64,000 bases of DNA, from contig CM059432.1 in the NCBI GenBank assembly GCA_030390025.1, forward strand, positions 113,648,001-113,712,000, given 5' to 3'. The notes under the pieces are model-generated. The model searched no databases, had not been told where the DNA came from, and saw only the letters and a list, made by a program, of their open reading frames with translations. This stretch comes from Squalus acanthias. Lineage: Eukaryota. Both the position numbers and the translations under genes were made by a program. Of this stretch, positions 1 through 13,221 are shown piece after piece. Within the stretch, counting starts at the first letter, position 1. Each line of letters starts with the position of its first letter.

Positions 1-3000
1 GGGTATCGGAGGGGGAGAGGAGAGGTGATCGGACGGGGAGGAGAGGGGATCGGAAGGCGGAGGAGAGGGGATCGGAGGGGTGAGGAAAGGGGTTCGGAGG
101 GGGAGAGAAGAGGGGATCGGAGGGGGAGTGGAGAGGGTATCAGAGAGGTGGAGGAGAGGAGATCGGAGGGGGGAGAGGGCACGGTATCGGAGGTTGGAGA
201 GGTTATTAGAGGGGGAGCAGAGGGGATCGGAGGGGGGGAAGAGAGGGTATCAGAGGGGGAGAGGAGAGGGGATCGGAGGGGGAGAGGAGAGCGGATCAGA
301 GGGGGAGAGGAGAGGTGATCGGAGGGGGAGAGGAGAGGGGATCGGAGGGGGAGAGGAGAGGGGACCGGAGGGGGAGAAAGGAGAGGAGATCGGAGGGGGG
401 AGAGGGCCAGGGTATCGGAGGGGGAGAGGAGAGGGGAGCGGAGGGGGAGAAGACAGGGGATCGAAGGGGGAGAGGACAGGCGATCGGAGGGGGAGAGGAC
501 AGGGGATCGGAGGGGAGAGAGGAGAGGGGATCGGAGGAGGGAGAGGAGAGGTTATCAGAGGAGGAGGAGAGGGTATCGGAGGGGGAGAGGTGATCGGGGG
601 GATCAGAGAGGGAGAGGGGATTGGAGCGGATCGGAAAGGGAGAGGTGATCGGGGGGGAGAGGAGAGGGGTTCGGAGGGGGAGAGGAGAGGGGATCGGAGG
701 GGGAGAGGAGAGATGATCGGAGGGGAGAGAGGAGAGGGTATCGGAGGGGGAGAGGAGCGGCGATGGGAAGGGGAGAGGACGGGGGATCGGAGCGGGGGAG
801 AGAGGCGAGGGGATCGGAATGGGAGAGGACAGGGGATCGGAGGGGAGAGGAGAGGGGATCGGAGGGGAGAAGACAGGGTATCGGAGGGGTAGAGGAATGG
901 GGATCGGAGAGGGAGAGGAGAGAGCATCGGAGGGGGAGAGGAGAGGGGATCGAAGGGGGAGAGGACAGGGAATCGGAGGGGGAGAGGACAGGGGATCGGA
1001 GGGGGAGAGAGGAGAGGGGATCGAAGGAGGGAGAGGAGAGGTTAGCAGAGGAGGGTGGAGAGGGTACCGGAGGGGGAGAGGTGATCGGGGGGGATTGGAG
1101 AGGGAGAGGGGATCGGAGGGGATCGGAGAGGGAGAGGTGATCGGGGGGGAGAGGAGAGGGGTTCGGAGGGGGAGAGGAGAGGGGATCGGAGGGGGAGAGG
1201 AGAGATGATCGGAGGGGAGAGAGTAGAGGGGATCGGAGGGGGAGAGGAGCGGGGATCGGAGCGGGGAGGAGAGGGGATCGGAGGGGGAGAGGAGAGGGGA
1301 TCGGAGGGGGATCGGAGAGGGGATCGGAGGGGGAGAGTAGAGGGGATCGGAGGGGGAGAGGAGAGAGGATCGGAGGGGGAGAGGAGCGGGGATCGGAGCG
1401 GGGAGGAGAGGGGATCGGAGGGGGAGAGGAGAGGGGATCGGAGGGGGAGAGGAGAGGGGATCGGAGGGGGAGAGCAGAGGGGATCGGAGGGGGAGAGGAG
1501 AGAGGATCGGAGGGGGAGAGGAGAGGGGATCGGTGGGGGAAGGAGAGGGGATCGGAGGGGGGAGGAGAGGGGGGAGGAGGGGGGAGGAGAGGGGTTTGGA
1601 GGGGGAGAGAGGAGAGGAGAGGGAATCGAAGGGGAAGAGGAGAGGGGATCGGAGGGGGAGGGGAGAGGGGATCAGAGGGGGGAGGAGAGGGGATCGGAGG
1701 AAGGAGAGGAGAGGGGATCGGAGGGGGAGAGGAGAGGGGATCGGACGGGGGAGGAGAGGGGATCGGAAGGGGGAGGAGAGGTGATCGGAGGGGTGAGGAA
1801 AGGGGTTCGGAGGGGGAGAGAAGAAGGGATCGGAGGGGGAGAGGAGAGGGTATCAGAGAGGTGGAGGAGAGGAGATCGGAGGGGGGAGAGGGCACGGTAT
1901 CGGAGGTTGGAGAGGTTATCAGAGGGGGAGCAGAGGGGATCGGGGGGGGAAGAGAGGGTATCAGAGGGGGTGAGGGGAGGGGATCGGAGGGGGAGAGGAG
2001 AGGGGATCGGAGGGGGAGAGGAGAGTGGATCGGAGGGGGAGAGGAGAGGGTATCGGAGGGGGAGAGGAGAGGGGACCGGAGGGGGAGAAAGGAGAGGAGA
2101 TCGGAGGGGGGAGAGGGCAGGGGATCGAAGGGGGAGAGGACAGGGGATCGAAGGGGGAGAGGACAGGGGATCGGAGGGGGAGAGGACAGGGGATCGGAGG
2201 GGAGAGAGGAGAGGGGATCGGAGGAGGGAGAGGAGAGGTTATCAGAGGAGGGAGGAGAGGGTATCGGAGGGGGAGAGGTGATCGGGGGGGATCGGAGAGG
2301 GAGAGGGGATTGGAGGGGATCGGAGAGGGAGAGGTGATCGGGGGGGAGAGAGGAGGGGGGATCTGAGGGGGAGAGGAGAGGGAATCAGAGGGGGAGAGGA
2401 GAGAGGATCAGAGGAGGAGAGGAGAGGGGATCGGTGGGGGGAGGAGAGGGGATCGCAGGTGAAGAGGAGAGATAATCGGAGGGGAGAGAGGAGAGGGGAT
2501 CGGAGGGGGAGAGGTGCGGGGATCGGAGGGGGGAGGAGAGGGGATCGGTGGGGGGAGGAGAGGAGATCGGTGGGGGTAGGAGAGGGGTTCAGAGGGGGGA
2601 GGTGAGGGGATCGGAGGGGGGAGGAGAGGGGATCGGTGGGGGTAGGAGAGGGGATCGGAGGGGGGAGGAGAGGGGATCGGTGGGGGTAGGAGAGGGGTTC
2701 AGAGGGGGGAGGAGAGGGGATCGGAGGGGGGAGGAGAGGGGATCGGTGGGGGAAGGAGAGGGAATCGAAGGGGGAGAGGAGAGGGGATCGGTGGGGGGGA
2801 GGAGAGGGGATCAGAGGGGGAGAGGAGGGAGGATCAGAGGAGTAGAGGAGAGGTGATCGAAGGGGGGAGGAGAGGGGATTGGAGGGAGGAGGAGAGGGGA
2901 TCGGAGGGGCTAGAAGAGATGGGATTGGAGGTTGAGAGGAGAGGGGATCGGAGGAAGGAGAGGAGAGTGGATCGGAGGGGTAGAGGGGAGAGTGGATCGG

Positions 3001-6000
3001 AGGGGGAGAGGAGAGGGGATCGGAGGGGGAGAGAGGAGAGTGGATCGGAGGGGGAGAGGACAGGGGATCGGAGGGGGAGAGGACAGGGTATCGGAGGGGG
3101 AGAGGAGAGGGGACCGGAGGGGGAGAAAGGAGAGGAGATCGGAGGGGGGAGAGGGCACGGTATCGGAGGTTGGAGAGGTTATCAGAGGGGGAGCAGAGGG
3201 GATCGGAGGGGGGGAAGTGAGGGTATCAGAGGGGGAGAGGAGAGGGGATCGGAGGGGGAGAGGAGAGGTGATCGGAGGGGAGAGAGGAGGGGGGATCTGA
3301 GGGGGAGAGGAGAGGGGATCGGAGGGGGAGAGGAGAGGGAATCGGAGGGGGAGAGGAGAGAGGATCAGAGGAGGAGAGGAGAGGTGATCGCAGGTGAAGA
3401 GGAGAGATAATCGGAGGGGAGAGAGGAGAGGGGATCGGAGGGGGAGAGGAGCGGGGATCGGAGGGGGGAGGAGAGGGGATCGGAGGGGGAGAGGAGAGGG
3501 GATCGGTGGCGGGAGGAGAGGGGATCGGTGCGGGAAGGAGAGGGGATCGGTGGGGGGAGGAGAGGGGTTCAGAGGGGGGAGGAGAGGGGATCGGAGGGGG
3601 GATGAGAGGGGATCGGTGGTGGAAGGAGAGGGGATCGGAGGGGGGAGGAGAGGGGTTCGGAGGGGGAGAGAGGAGAGGAGAGGGAATCGTAGGGGGAGAG
3701 GAGAGGGGATCGGTGGGGGGGAGGAGAGGGGATCAGAGGGGGAGAGGAGGGAGGATCAGAGGAGTAGAGGAGAGGTGATCGAAGGGGGGAGGAGAGGGGA
3801 TTGGAGGGAGGAGGAGAGGGGATCGGAGGGGCTAGAAGAGATGGGATTGGAGGTTGAGAGGAGAGGGGATCGGAGGAAGGAGAGGAGAGGGGATCGGAGG
3901 GGGAGAGGAGAGGGGATCGGACGGGGGAGGAGAGGGGATCGGAAGGGGGAGGAGAGGGGATCGGAGGGGGAGAGGAGAGGTGATCGGAGGGGGAGAGGAG
4001 AGGGGATTGGAGGGGGAGAGGAGAGGGGATCGGAAGGGGGAGGAGAGGGGATCGGAGGGGGAGAGGAGAGGGGATCGGACGGGGGAGGAGAGGGGATCGG
4101 AAGGGGGAGGAGAATGGATCGGAGGGGTGAGGAAAGGGCATCGGAGGGGGAGAGGAGAGGTGATCGGAGGGGGAGAGGAGAGGGGATTGGAGGGGGAGAG
4201 GAGAGGGTATCAGAGAGGTAGAGGAGAGGAGATTGGAGTGGGGAGAGGGCACGGTATCAGAGGGGGGAGAGGTTATCAGAGGGAGAGGACAGGGGATCGG
4301 AGGGGTAGAGGGGGAGAGTGGATCGGACGGGGAGAGGACAGGGGATCGGAGGGGGATAGAGGAGAGTGGATCGGAGGGGGTAAGGACAGGGGATCGGAGG
4401 GGGAGAGGACAGGGGATCGGAGGGGGAGAGGACAGGGGATCGGAGGGGAAGAGAGGAGAGGGGATCGGAGGGGGAGAGGACAGGGGATCGGAGGGGGAGA
4501 GAGGAGAGGGGATCGGAGGGGGAGAGGACAGGGGATCGGAGGGGGAGAGGAGAGGGGATCAGAGGGGGAGAGGAGGGAGTATCAGAGGAGTAGAGGAGAG
4601 GTGATCGAAGAGGGGAGGAGAGGGGATCGGAGGGGGGAGGAGAGGGGATCACAGGGGGTAGAAGAGATGGGATTGGAGGTTGAGAGGAGAGGGGATCGGA
4701 GGAAGGAGAGGAGAGGGGATCGGAGGGGGAGAGGAGAGGGGATCGGACGGGGGAGGAGAGGGAATCGGAAGGGGGAGGAGAGGGGTACGGAGTGGTGAGG
4801 AAAGGGGATTGGAGGGGGAGAGGAGAGGGTATCGGAGGGGGAGAGGACAGGGGATCGAAGGGGGAGAGGACAGGGGATCGGAGGGGGAGAGGACAGGGGA
4901 TCGGAGGGGGGAGAGAGGAGAGGGGATCGGAGGACGGAGAGGAGAGGTTATCAGAGGAGGGAGGAGAGGGTATCGGAGGGGGAGAGGTGATCGGGCGGGA
5001 TCGGAGAGGGAGAGGGGATTGGAGGGGATCGGGGAGGGAGAGGTGATCGGGGGGGAGAGGAGAGGGGTTCAGAGGGGGAGAGGAGAGGAGATCGGAGGGG
5101 GAGAGGAGAGATGATCGGAGGGGAGAGAGGAGAGGGTATCGGAGGGGGAGAGGAGCGTGGATCGGAGGGTCAGAGGAGAGGGGATCGGAGGGGAGAGGAG
5201 AGGGATCAGAGGGGGAGAGCAGAGGGGATCGGAGGGGGAGAGGAGAGGTGATCGGATGGGAGAGAGGAGGGGGGATCAGAGGGGGAGAGGGGAGGGGATC
5301 AGAGGAGGAGAGGAGAGGTGATCGCAGGTGAAGAGGAGAGATAATCGGAGGTGAGAGAGGAGAGGGGATCAGAGGGGGAGAGGAGAGGGGATCGGAGGGG
5401 GAGAGGAGAGAGAATCGGAGGGGGAGAGGAGAGAGGATCAGAGGAGGAGAGGAGAGGTGATCGCAGGTGAAGAGGAGAGATAATCGGAGGGGAGAGAGGA
5501 GAGGGGATCGGAGATGGAGAGGAGCGTGGATCGGAGGGGAGAGGAGAGGGGATCGGAGGGGGAGAGGAGAGGGGATCGGTGGGGGGAGGAGAGGGGATCG
5601 GAGGGGGAGAGGAGAGGGGATTGGTGAGGGGAGGAGAGGGGTTCAGAGTGGGGAGGAGAGGGGATCGGAGGGGGAGGAGAGGGGATCGGTGGGGGAAGGA
5701 GAGGGGATCGGAGGGGGGAGGAGAGGGGTTCGGAGGGGGGAGGAGAGGGGTTCGGAGGGGGAGAGAGGAGAAGAGAGGGAATCGAAGGGGGAGAGGAGAG
5801 GGGATCGGAGGGGGAGAGGAGAGGGGATCAGAGGGGGAGAGGAGGGAGGATCAGAGGAGTAGAGGAGAGGTGATCGAAGGGGGGAGGAGAGGGGATCGGA
5901 GGGAGGAGGAGAGGGGATCGGAGGGGGGAGGAGAGGGGATCGGAGGGAGGAGGAGAGGGGATCGGAGGGGCTAGAAGAGATGGGATAGGAGGTTGAGAGG

Positions 6001-8786
6001 AGACGGGATCGGAGGAAGGAGAGGAGAGGGGATCGGAGGGGGAGAGGAGAGGGGATCGGAGGGGGAGTAGAGGGGATCGGAAGGGGGAGGAGAGGGGATC
6101 GGAGGGGTGAGGAAAGGGGATCGGAAGGGGAGAGGAGAGGGGATCGGTCGGGGGAGGAGAGGGGTTCAGAGGGGGGAGGAGAGGGGATCGCTGGGGGGAG
6201 GAGAGGGGTTCGGAGGGGGGAGGAGAGGGGATCGGACGGGTGAAGAAAGGGGATCGGAGGGGGAGAGGAGAGGTGAACGGAGGGGGAGAGGAGAGGGGAT
6301 CGGAGGGGGAGAGGAGAGGGTATCAGAGAGGTGGAGGAGAGGAAATTGGAGGGGGGAGAGGACACGGTATCAGAGGGGGGAGAGGTTATCAGAGGGGGAG
6401 CAGAGGGGATCGGAGGGGGCGAAGAAAAGGTATCAGAGCGGGAGAGGAGAGGGGATCGGAGAGGGAGAGGAGAGGGGACCGGAGGGGGAGAGGAGAGGTG
6501 ATCGGAGGGGGAGAGGAGAGGGGATCGGAGGGGGAGAGGACAGGGGATCAGAGGGGTAGAGGGGAGAGTGGATCGGAGGGGGAGAGGACAGGGGATCGGA
6601 GGGGGAGAGAGGAGAGTGTATCGGAGGGGGATAGGACAGGGGATCGGAGGGGAAGAGGACAGGGGATCGGAGGGGGAGAGTACAGGGGATCGGAGGGGAA
6701 GAGAGGAGAGGGGATCGGAGGGGGAGAGGACAGGGAATCGGAGGGGGAGAGAGGAGAGGGGATCGGAGGGGGAGAGGACAGGGGATCGGAGGGGGAGAGG
6801 AGAGGGTATCAGAGGGGGAGAGGAGGGAGGATCAGAGGAGTAGAGGAGAGGTGATCGAAGGGGGGAGGAGAGGGGATCGGAGGGGGGCGGAGAGGGGATC
6901 GGAGGGGGTCGAAGAGATGGGATTGGAGGTTGAGAGGAGAGGGGATCGGAGGAAGGAGAGGAGAGGGGATCGGAGGGGGAGAGGAGAGGGGATCGGACAG
7001 GGGAGGAGAGGGGATCGGAAGGGGGAGGTGAGGGGATCGGAGTGGTGAGGAAAGGGGATCGGTGGGTGAGAGGAGAGGGGATCGGAGGGGGAGAGGAGAG
7101 GTTATCAGAGAGGTGTAGGAGAGAAGATCGGAGGGGTGAGAGGGCACGGTATCGGAGGTTAGAGAGGTTATCAGAGGAGGAGCAGAGGGCATCGGAGGGG
7201 GGGAAGAGTGGGTATCAGATGAGGAGAGGAGAGGGGTTCGGAGGGGGAGAGGAGAGGGGATCGGAGGGGGAGAGGAGAGGGGATCGGAGGGGGAGAGGAG
7301 AGGGGATCGGAGGGGGAGAGGAGTGGCGACCGGAGGGGGAGAAAGGAGAGGAGATCGGAGGGGGGAGAGGGCAGGGTATCGGAGGGGGAGAGGAGAGGGG
7401 ATCGGAGGGGGAGAGGACAGGGGAACGAAGTGGGAGAGGACAGGGGATCGGAGGGGGAGAGGACAGGGGATCGGAGGGGAGAGAGGAGAGGGGATCAGAG
7501 GAGGGAGGAGAGGGTATCGGAGGGGGAGAGGTGATCGGGGGGGATCGGAGAGGGAGAGGGGATCGGAGGGGATCGGAGAGGGAGAGGTGATCGGGGTGGA
7601 GAGGAGAGGGGTTCGGAGGGGGAGAGGAGAGGGGATCGGAGGGGGAGAGGAGAGATGATTGGAGGGGAGAGAGGAGAGGGTATCGGAGGGGGAGAGGAGA
7701 GGGGATCGGAGGGTGGAGGAGAGGGGATCGCAGGGGGAGAGGAGAGGGGATCGGAGGGGGAGAGGAGAGGGGATCGGAGGGGGAGAGCAGAGGGGATCGG
7801 AGGGGAGAGAGGAGGAGGGATCGGAGGGGGACAGGAGAGGGGATCGGAGGGGGAGAGGAGAGGGAATCGGAGGGGGAGAGGAGAGAGGATCAGAGGAGGA
7901 GAGGAGAGGTGATCGCAGGTGAAGAGGAGAGATAATCGGAGGGGAGAGAGGAGAGGGGATCGGAGGGGGAGAGGAGCGGGGATCGGAAGGGGGAGGAGAG
8001 GGGCTCGGAGGGGGAGAGGAGAGGGGATCGGTGGGGGGAGGAGAGGGGTTCAGAGTGGGGAGGAGAGGGGATCGCTGGGGGGAAGGAGAGGGGATCGGTG
8101 GGGGAAGGAGAGGGGATCGGAGGGGGGAGGAGAGGGGTTCGGAAGGGGGAGGAGAGGGGATCGGACGGGTGAGGAAAGGGGATCGGAGGGAGAGAGGAGA
8201 GATGATCGGAGGGGGAGAGGAGAGGGGATCGGAGGGGGAGAGGAGAGGGTATCAGAGAGGTGGAGGAGAGGAAATTGGAGGGGGGAGAGGACACGGTATC
8301 AGAGGGGGGAGAGGTTATCAGAGGGGTAGCAGAGGGGATCGGAGGGGGGGAAGAAAGGGTATCAGAGGGGGAGAGGAGAGGGGATCGGAGGGGGAGAGGA
8401 GAGGGGACCGAAGGGGGAGAGGAGAGGGGATCAGAGGGGGAGAGGAGAGGGGATCGGAGGGGGAGAGGACAGGGGATCGGAGGGGTAGAGGGGAGAGTGG
8501 ATCGGAGGGGGAGAGGAGAGGGGATCGGAGGGGGAGAGAGGAGAGTGGATCGGAGGGGGAGAGGACAGGGGATCGGAGGGGGAGAGGACAGGGGATCTGA
8601 GGGGGAGAGGACAGGGGATCGGAGGGGGAGAGAGGAGAGGGGATCGGAGGGGGAGAGGACAGGGGATCGGAGGGGGAGAGAGGAGAGGGGATCGGAGGGG
8701 GAGAGGACAGGGGATCGGAGGGGGAGAGAGGAGAGGGGATCGGAGGAGGAGAGGACAGGGGATCGGAGGGGGAGAGAGGAGAGGGG
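1..8786. repeat. Purine-rich tandem satellite, ~23-bp unit (consensus ~GGAGAGGGGATCGGAGGGGGAGA; 20-25-bp variants), block 1, open at window start
   Basis: Directly visible tandem GATCGGAGGGGGAGAGGAGAGGG units; + strand almost entirely G/A; recurring diagnostic variants indicate higher-order duplication. Confidence 0.97.
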
Positions 8787-11117
8787 ATAGAAACATAGAA
8801 ACATAGAAGATAGGAGCAGGAGTAGGCCATTCGGCCCCTCGAGCCTGCTTCGCCATTCGATGAGATCATGGCTGATCATCCAAACTCAGTACCCTGTACC
8901 TGCCTTCTCCCCATATCCCTTGATACCTTTAGCTTTAAGAAATATATCTAACTCATTCTTGAATATATTTAATGACTTGGCCTCAACTACCTTCTGTGGT
9001 AGAGAATTCTGCAGGTTCACCACTCTCTGGGTGAAGAAATTCTTCCTCATTTCTGTCCTAAATGGCTTACCACTTATCCTTAGATTATGACCCCTGGTTC
9101 TGGACTCTCCGACCATCGGGAACATTCTTCCTGCATGTAGTTTGTCCAGACCTGTCAGAATTTTACATGTTTCGATGAGAGCCCCTCTCATTCTTCTATA
9201 CTCCAGCGAGTATAAGCCCAATCGACCCAATCTCTCCTCATATGTCATTCCTGCCATCCCAGGTATCAGCCTTGTGAATCTTCGCTGAACTCCTTCCATG
9301 GCAAGAACATCCTTCCTCAGATAAGGCGACCAAAACCGCACACAGTACTCAAGGTGTGGTCTCACCAAGGCCCTGTACAACTGCAGCAGGACATCCCTGT
9401 TCCTATACTCAAACCCTTTCACTATGGAGGCCAACATACCATTTGCCTTCTTCACCGCCTGCTGCACCTGCATGCTTACTTTCAGCGACTGGTGCACAAG
9501 GACACCCAGGTCTCGTTGCACTTCCCCTTCTCCCAATCTATTGCCATTCAGATAATAGTCTGCCTTTCTGTTTTTGACACCAAAGTGGATAACCTCGCAT
9601 TTATCCACGGTATATTGCATCTGCCACGCTTCTGCCCACTCACCCAACCTGTCCAAATCATCCTGGAGTTTCTCGGTATCCTCCTCGCTGCACACACTCC
9701 CACCCAGCTTTGTGTCATCTGCAAACTTGGAGATATTACATTTAGTTCCCTTATCTAGATCATTAATGTATATTGTGAATAGCTGGGGTCCAAGGACCGA
9801 TCCCTGCGGTACCCCACTAGTCACTGCTTGCCACTCGGAAAAAGACCCATTAATTCCTACTCTCTGCTTTCTGTCCGCCAACCAGTTCTCTATCCAAGTC
9901 AATACCTTGCCCCCAATCCCATGTGCCTTAACTTTACACGCTAATCTCATATGCGGGACCTTATCGAAAGCCTTTTGAAAGTCCAAATACACCACATCTA
10001 CTGGTTCTCCCTTATCTATTTTCCCAGTTACATCCTCAAAAAATTCCAGTAGATTAGTCAAGCACGATTTACCTTTTGTAAATCCATGTTGACTTTGTCC
10101 GATCCTGTCACTGTTTTTCAAGTGCTCAGCTATTACATCCTTTATAATGGACTCTAGCATTTTCCCCACTTCCGATGTCAGGCTTACCGATCTGTAATTC
10201 CCCGCTTTCTCTCTACCACCCTTTTTGAATAGTGGGGTAACATTAGGTACAGTTCCAGATTCCATCGAATGTTGGAAGATGATCAGCAATGCATCTACTA
10301 TTTCTAGGGCCACTTCCTTAAGTACCCTAGGATGTAGATTATCAGGCTCTAGGGATTTATCGGCCTTCAATCCCATCAATTTCCCTAACACAATTTCCCT
10401 GCAAATACTGATTTCTTTCAGTTCCTCCCTTTCATCAGACCATATGTTCTCCAACATCTCTGGGAGGTTATTTGTGTCCTCCTTTGTGAAGACAGAACCA
10501 AAATATGCATTTAATTGGTCTGCCATTTCTTTGTTCCCCATTATAACTTCCCCCGCTTCTGACTGCAAGGGACCTACACTTGATTTCACTAATCTTTTTC
10601 TCTTCACATATCTATAAAAGCTCTTACAGTCAGTTTTTATGTTCCCAGCAAGCTTACTTTCATATTCTATTTTCCCCTTCTTAATTAATCCCTTTGTCCT
10701 CCTTTGTTGAATCCTAAACTGCTCCCAATCCTCAGGGTTACCGCTTTTTCTGGCCAATTTATATGCCCTCTCCTTGAATCTTATGCTATCCCTAATTTCC
10801 CTTGTTAGCCACGGTTGAGTCACCTTTTTTGTTTTATTCTTATGCCACACTGGGATGAACAAATTCTGTAGTTCATCCATGCAGTCTTTGAATGTTTGCC
10901 ATTGCCTATCCACCGTCAACCCCTTGAGTGACATTCCCCAATCAATCCTACCCAATTCGCGCCTCATACCATCATAGTTTCTTTTATTTAAAGTCAGGAC
11001 TCTAGTCTCTGATTCAACTACTTCACTCTCCATCCTAATGAAGAATTATATCATATTATGATCACTCTGACCCAAGGGGCCTCGTACAACAAGATTGCTA
11101 ATTAATCCTTTCTCGTT
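8787..11117 (-). mobile_element. CR1-clade LINE, 5'-truncated, inserted in the satellite
   Basis: (ATAGAAAC)n tail at 8787-8808 on + strand, CR1-type 3' UTR, RT-containing ORF; interrupted at 11118 and resumes for only a few bases after 12796. Confidence 0.95.
8886..11033 (-). CDS. CR1 ORF2 fragment (reverse transcriptase, 715 aa open; endonuclease domain missing)
   Basis: Motifs QHGF, YLDFQKAFDKVPH, GVPQGSVLGP, KFADD, RPHLEYC, RTRGH; small internal deletion near 'GTVP-NVTP'. Confidence 0.9.
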   Translation of the reverse strand: MESEVVESETRVLTLNKRNYDGMRRELGRIDWGMSLKGLTVDRQWQTFKDCMDELQNLFIPVWHKNKTKKVTQPWLTREIRDSIRFKERAYKLARKSGNPEDWEQFRIQQRRTKGLIKKGKIEYESKLAGNIKTDCKSFYRYVKRKRLVKSSVGPLQSEAGEVIMGNKEMADQLNAYFGSVFTKEDTNNLPEMLENIWSDEREELKEISICREIVLGKLMGLKADKSLEPDNLHPRVLKEVALEIVDALLIIFQHSMESGTVPNVTPLFKKGGREKAGNYRSVSLTSEVGKMLESIIKDVIAEHLKNSDRIGQSQHGFTKGKSCLTNLLEFFEDVTGKIDKGEPVDVVYLDFQKAFDKVPHMRLACKVKAHGIGGKVLTWIENWLADRKQRVGINGSFSEWQAVTSGVPQGSVLGPQLFTIYINDLDKGTKCNISKFADDTKLGGSVCSEEDTEKLQDDLDRLGEWAEAWQMQYTVDKCEVIHFGVKNRKADYYLNGNRLGEGEVQRDLGVLVHQSLKVSMQVQQAVKKANGMLASIVKGFEYRNRDVLLQLYRALVRPHLEYCVRFWSPYLRKDVLAMEGVQRRFTRLIPGMAGMTYEERLGRLGLYSLEYRRMRGALIETCKILTGLDKLHAGRMFPMVGESRTRGHNLRISGKPFRTEMRKNFFTQRVVNLQNSLPQKVVEAKSLNIFKNELDIFLKAKGIKGYGEKAGTGY

Positions 11118-12796
11118 TGTAAGGGTTTCTCTGAACCTGTGAGATTCGTGTGGCTCTGTGCAGCCTGGATGCTAGTGCGAGTTTAGGCCTTGTTGCCTGT
11201 TCTGGTCTCCAGCCAGTCTGGGAGCACTAGACACCTGTGAGTGGTTCGACCCACTCGCCCTTACGGTTCTGACACTGGACTTAGATGCGAGAGCAGTAAT
11301 GGAGAGAAAACTCAGGTAGACCCGGTTGAATGGTACGAAATGGAAAATCTTTATTGCATATTATTTAAGATTACGAAATACATGTCATAGGCACAGATTA
11401 ATGACAGTACAATCTTACACGCAGTTATGTAACTAATTTCAGGGAAACGAGGAACGAACGACACATCGTAAATGGGAGCACACATTACAATTATCCTTAA
11501 AAACTTAAACCCTCCCCTATCAATATCTGCTCTAAACTAGACTTGTAGGATCGCGACTCATGCTCACCACTCGTGATAACTCGGAGAATTCCGAAAACTC
11601 TGATCGGATGTTTTTCACCGCAGCACCTGATCACCCATGTGTTGGTCAGGGGTCTCTGTACCCCACTTGTTTACTCGTTTCTGCTCCGGCTAGCAGGCTG
11701 GACCGTCTGCTGTCATGAAGATCTGTGTTGTCCTCGGAGTTCCGACTCTGCTCAAAGAAGAGTCTTCCTGTGCCCTCGCACTGATGCGATAAAATTCGAA
11801 GAATAGTCTTCCTGCCAGTTGGGTAGCAGTTACCGATTTATCGAGCGCGGTCGGGGCTTATTGACCGTGACGAGATATATTGTCGTCTTCTCTTCTCATC
11901 TCATCTCATCTCATCTCATCTCATCTCGTCTCGGGCCTTCGGTTCCAACACCGTTTACCGACTTCTCGGGATGGTGCGCCCGTTTCAAGGCTTCACAGCC
12001 CAGTTCCACACAGATCTTCGCGGCAAGCCACGAGGCCGATCCGGGCGGATCGTAAAGTTCAACAGTCTTTTAGAAGAGACACGAGGCAAGCAGGAACAAG
12101 ACGGCGAGTCAAGAGCAGCCACGAGGATAAACGCCAGCAGGATAAGAGTCAACCGAATAAGAGAGAGATGGATGGTTGGAGCTTGCAGTTATAGTGCAAA
12201 ACTCTTCCTTTTCCCGCCCAACCTTAATGTCTTTTCTTTTGTTAGGGTTTGGCGCTCAAATTTCTTGTATAGGGTGATCTCCGTTTTTAATGGGTTTCGG
12301 GGATACTCGTAACTGTCTGAGTACCTGTTAATACTTTTCCCATTGTTTAATCGGTCGGTGTTCTCCCTGGAGGGGTTTTGGGGCTTCCAAATGTTTTCTG
12401 TAACTACCCGCTAACGGCTCTCTCATCGTAGAGTCGTTGGGATTTTGCATATTAATGTCTTTGGATGGGTTCTTGATTACTTGGTACAATAGCCCTTATT
12501 CGCACCTGGGAGACCGATTTCAGTATTTATGTGTATACTGCAAACCCATGATGTCTCGTGTATTATCTCAAATGTGCTTAGTCTTGATCGATCTTGCACA
12601 AATGTTTATTGGAACGCCATCTTGTCTGCCTGTCGAAAAGTCTAGAATGTTCTGCCACGAGGTGTGGCGGCCATTTTACAGGCTGCTTGTGTCCACTTTG
12701 AAAACCTGACAGCATTCTGCTGAAATAAAAGCTGTTTGAACGAAACTATGTGTTTTCTCCTTATTTATAAAATCGCGATATATTGCGAATTCTACA
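11118..12796. mobile_element. Solo-LTR-like insertion (1679 bp), ERV or Gypsy type
   Basis: Begins TGTAAG, ends CTACA; flanked by 4-bp direct repeat CGTT (11114-11117 and 12797-12800); interrupts the CR1; no recognisable protein; AATAAA candidates on both strands (- at ~11350, + at ~12724). Confidence 0.75.
11890..11932. repeat. (TCTCA)n microsatellite inside the solo LTR
   Basis: tctcatctcatctcatctcatctc... visible. Confidence 0.9.
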
Positions 12797-12805
12797 CGTT
12801 ACATA

Positions 12806-13215
12806 GAGAGGCGGCGGACCTGGGTGGAGCGACAGCAGCGAGGCGGCGGCAGTAAAAGGCGGCAGCGACCAGGTAGGCCCACAGAGGCGGCGGACCTGGG
12901 TGGAGCGACAGCGGTGAGGCAGTGGCAGTAAAAGGCGGCAGTGACAAGGTAGGCGACCAATCTGAGCTCCGAGAGCGGGAGAGAGAGAAGGAAAAAATAA
13001 TCAAAGTGTGACGTCACCAGAAAGCAGGTAAATGATTGGTTGGTGAGTATTTCTCTTTTTCTCCTTTTTCCAAACTTAAATTTTGTGTTTAAAGTTTCTA
13101 GGGTCTCTGTGGTGTAGCGGGGAAAGTTGGTAAACAAGGGCCCTATATCATTTATTTATAGTATAATTGGTGGGATTGGTTTGATTTAATTTAAGTTCAA
13201 TTAATTAAAGCGGAG
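12806..13215 (+). mobile_element. Probable LINE (CR1) 5' UTR fragment with a ~75-bp GC-rich tandem duplication
   Basis: Two copies of GAGGCGGCGGACCTGGGTGGAGCGACAGC...GGTAGGC, then TGACGTCA, GATTGGTTGGTGAGTA and an AT-rich tract; resembles CR1 5' UTR architecture from recall only. Confidence 0.45.
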
Positions 13216-13221
13216 AGCGAC

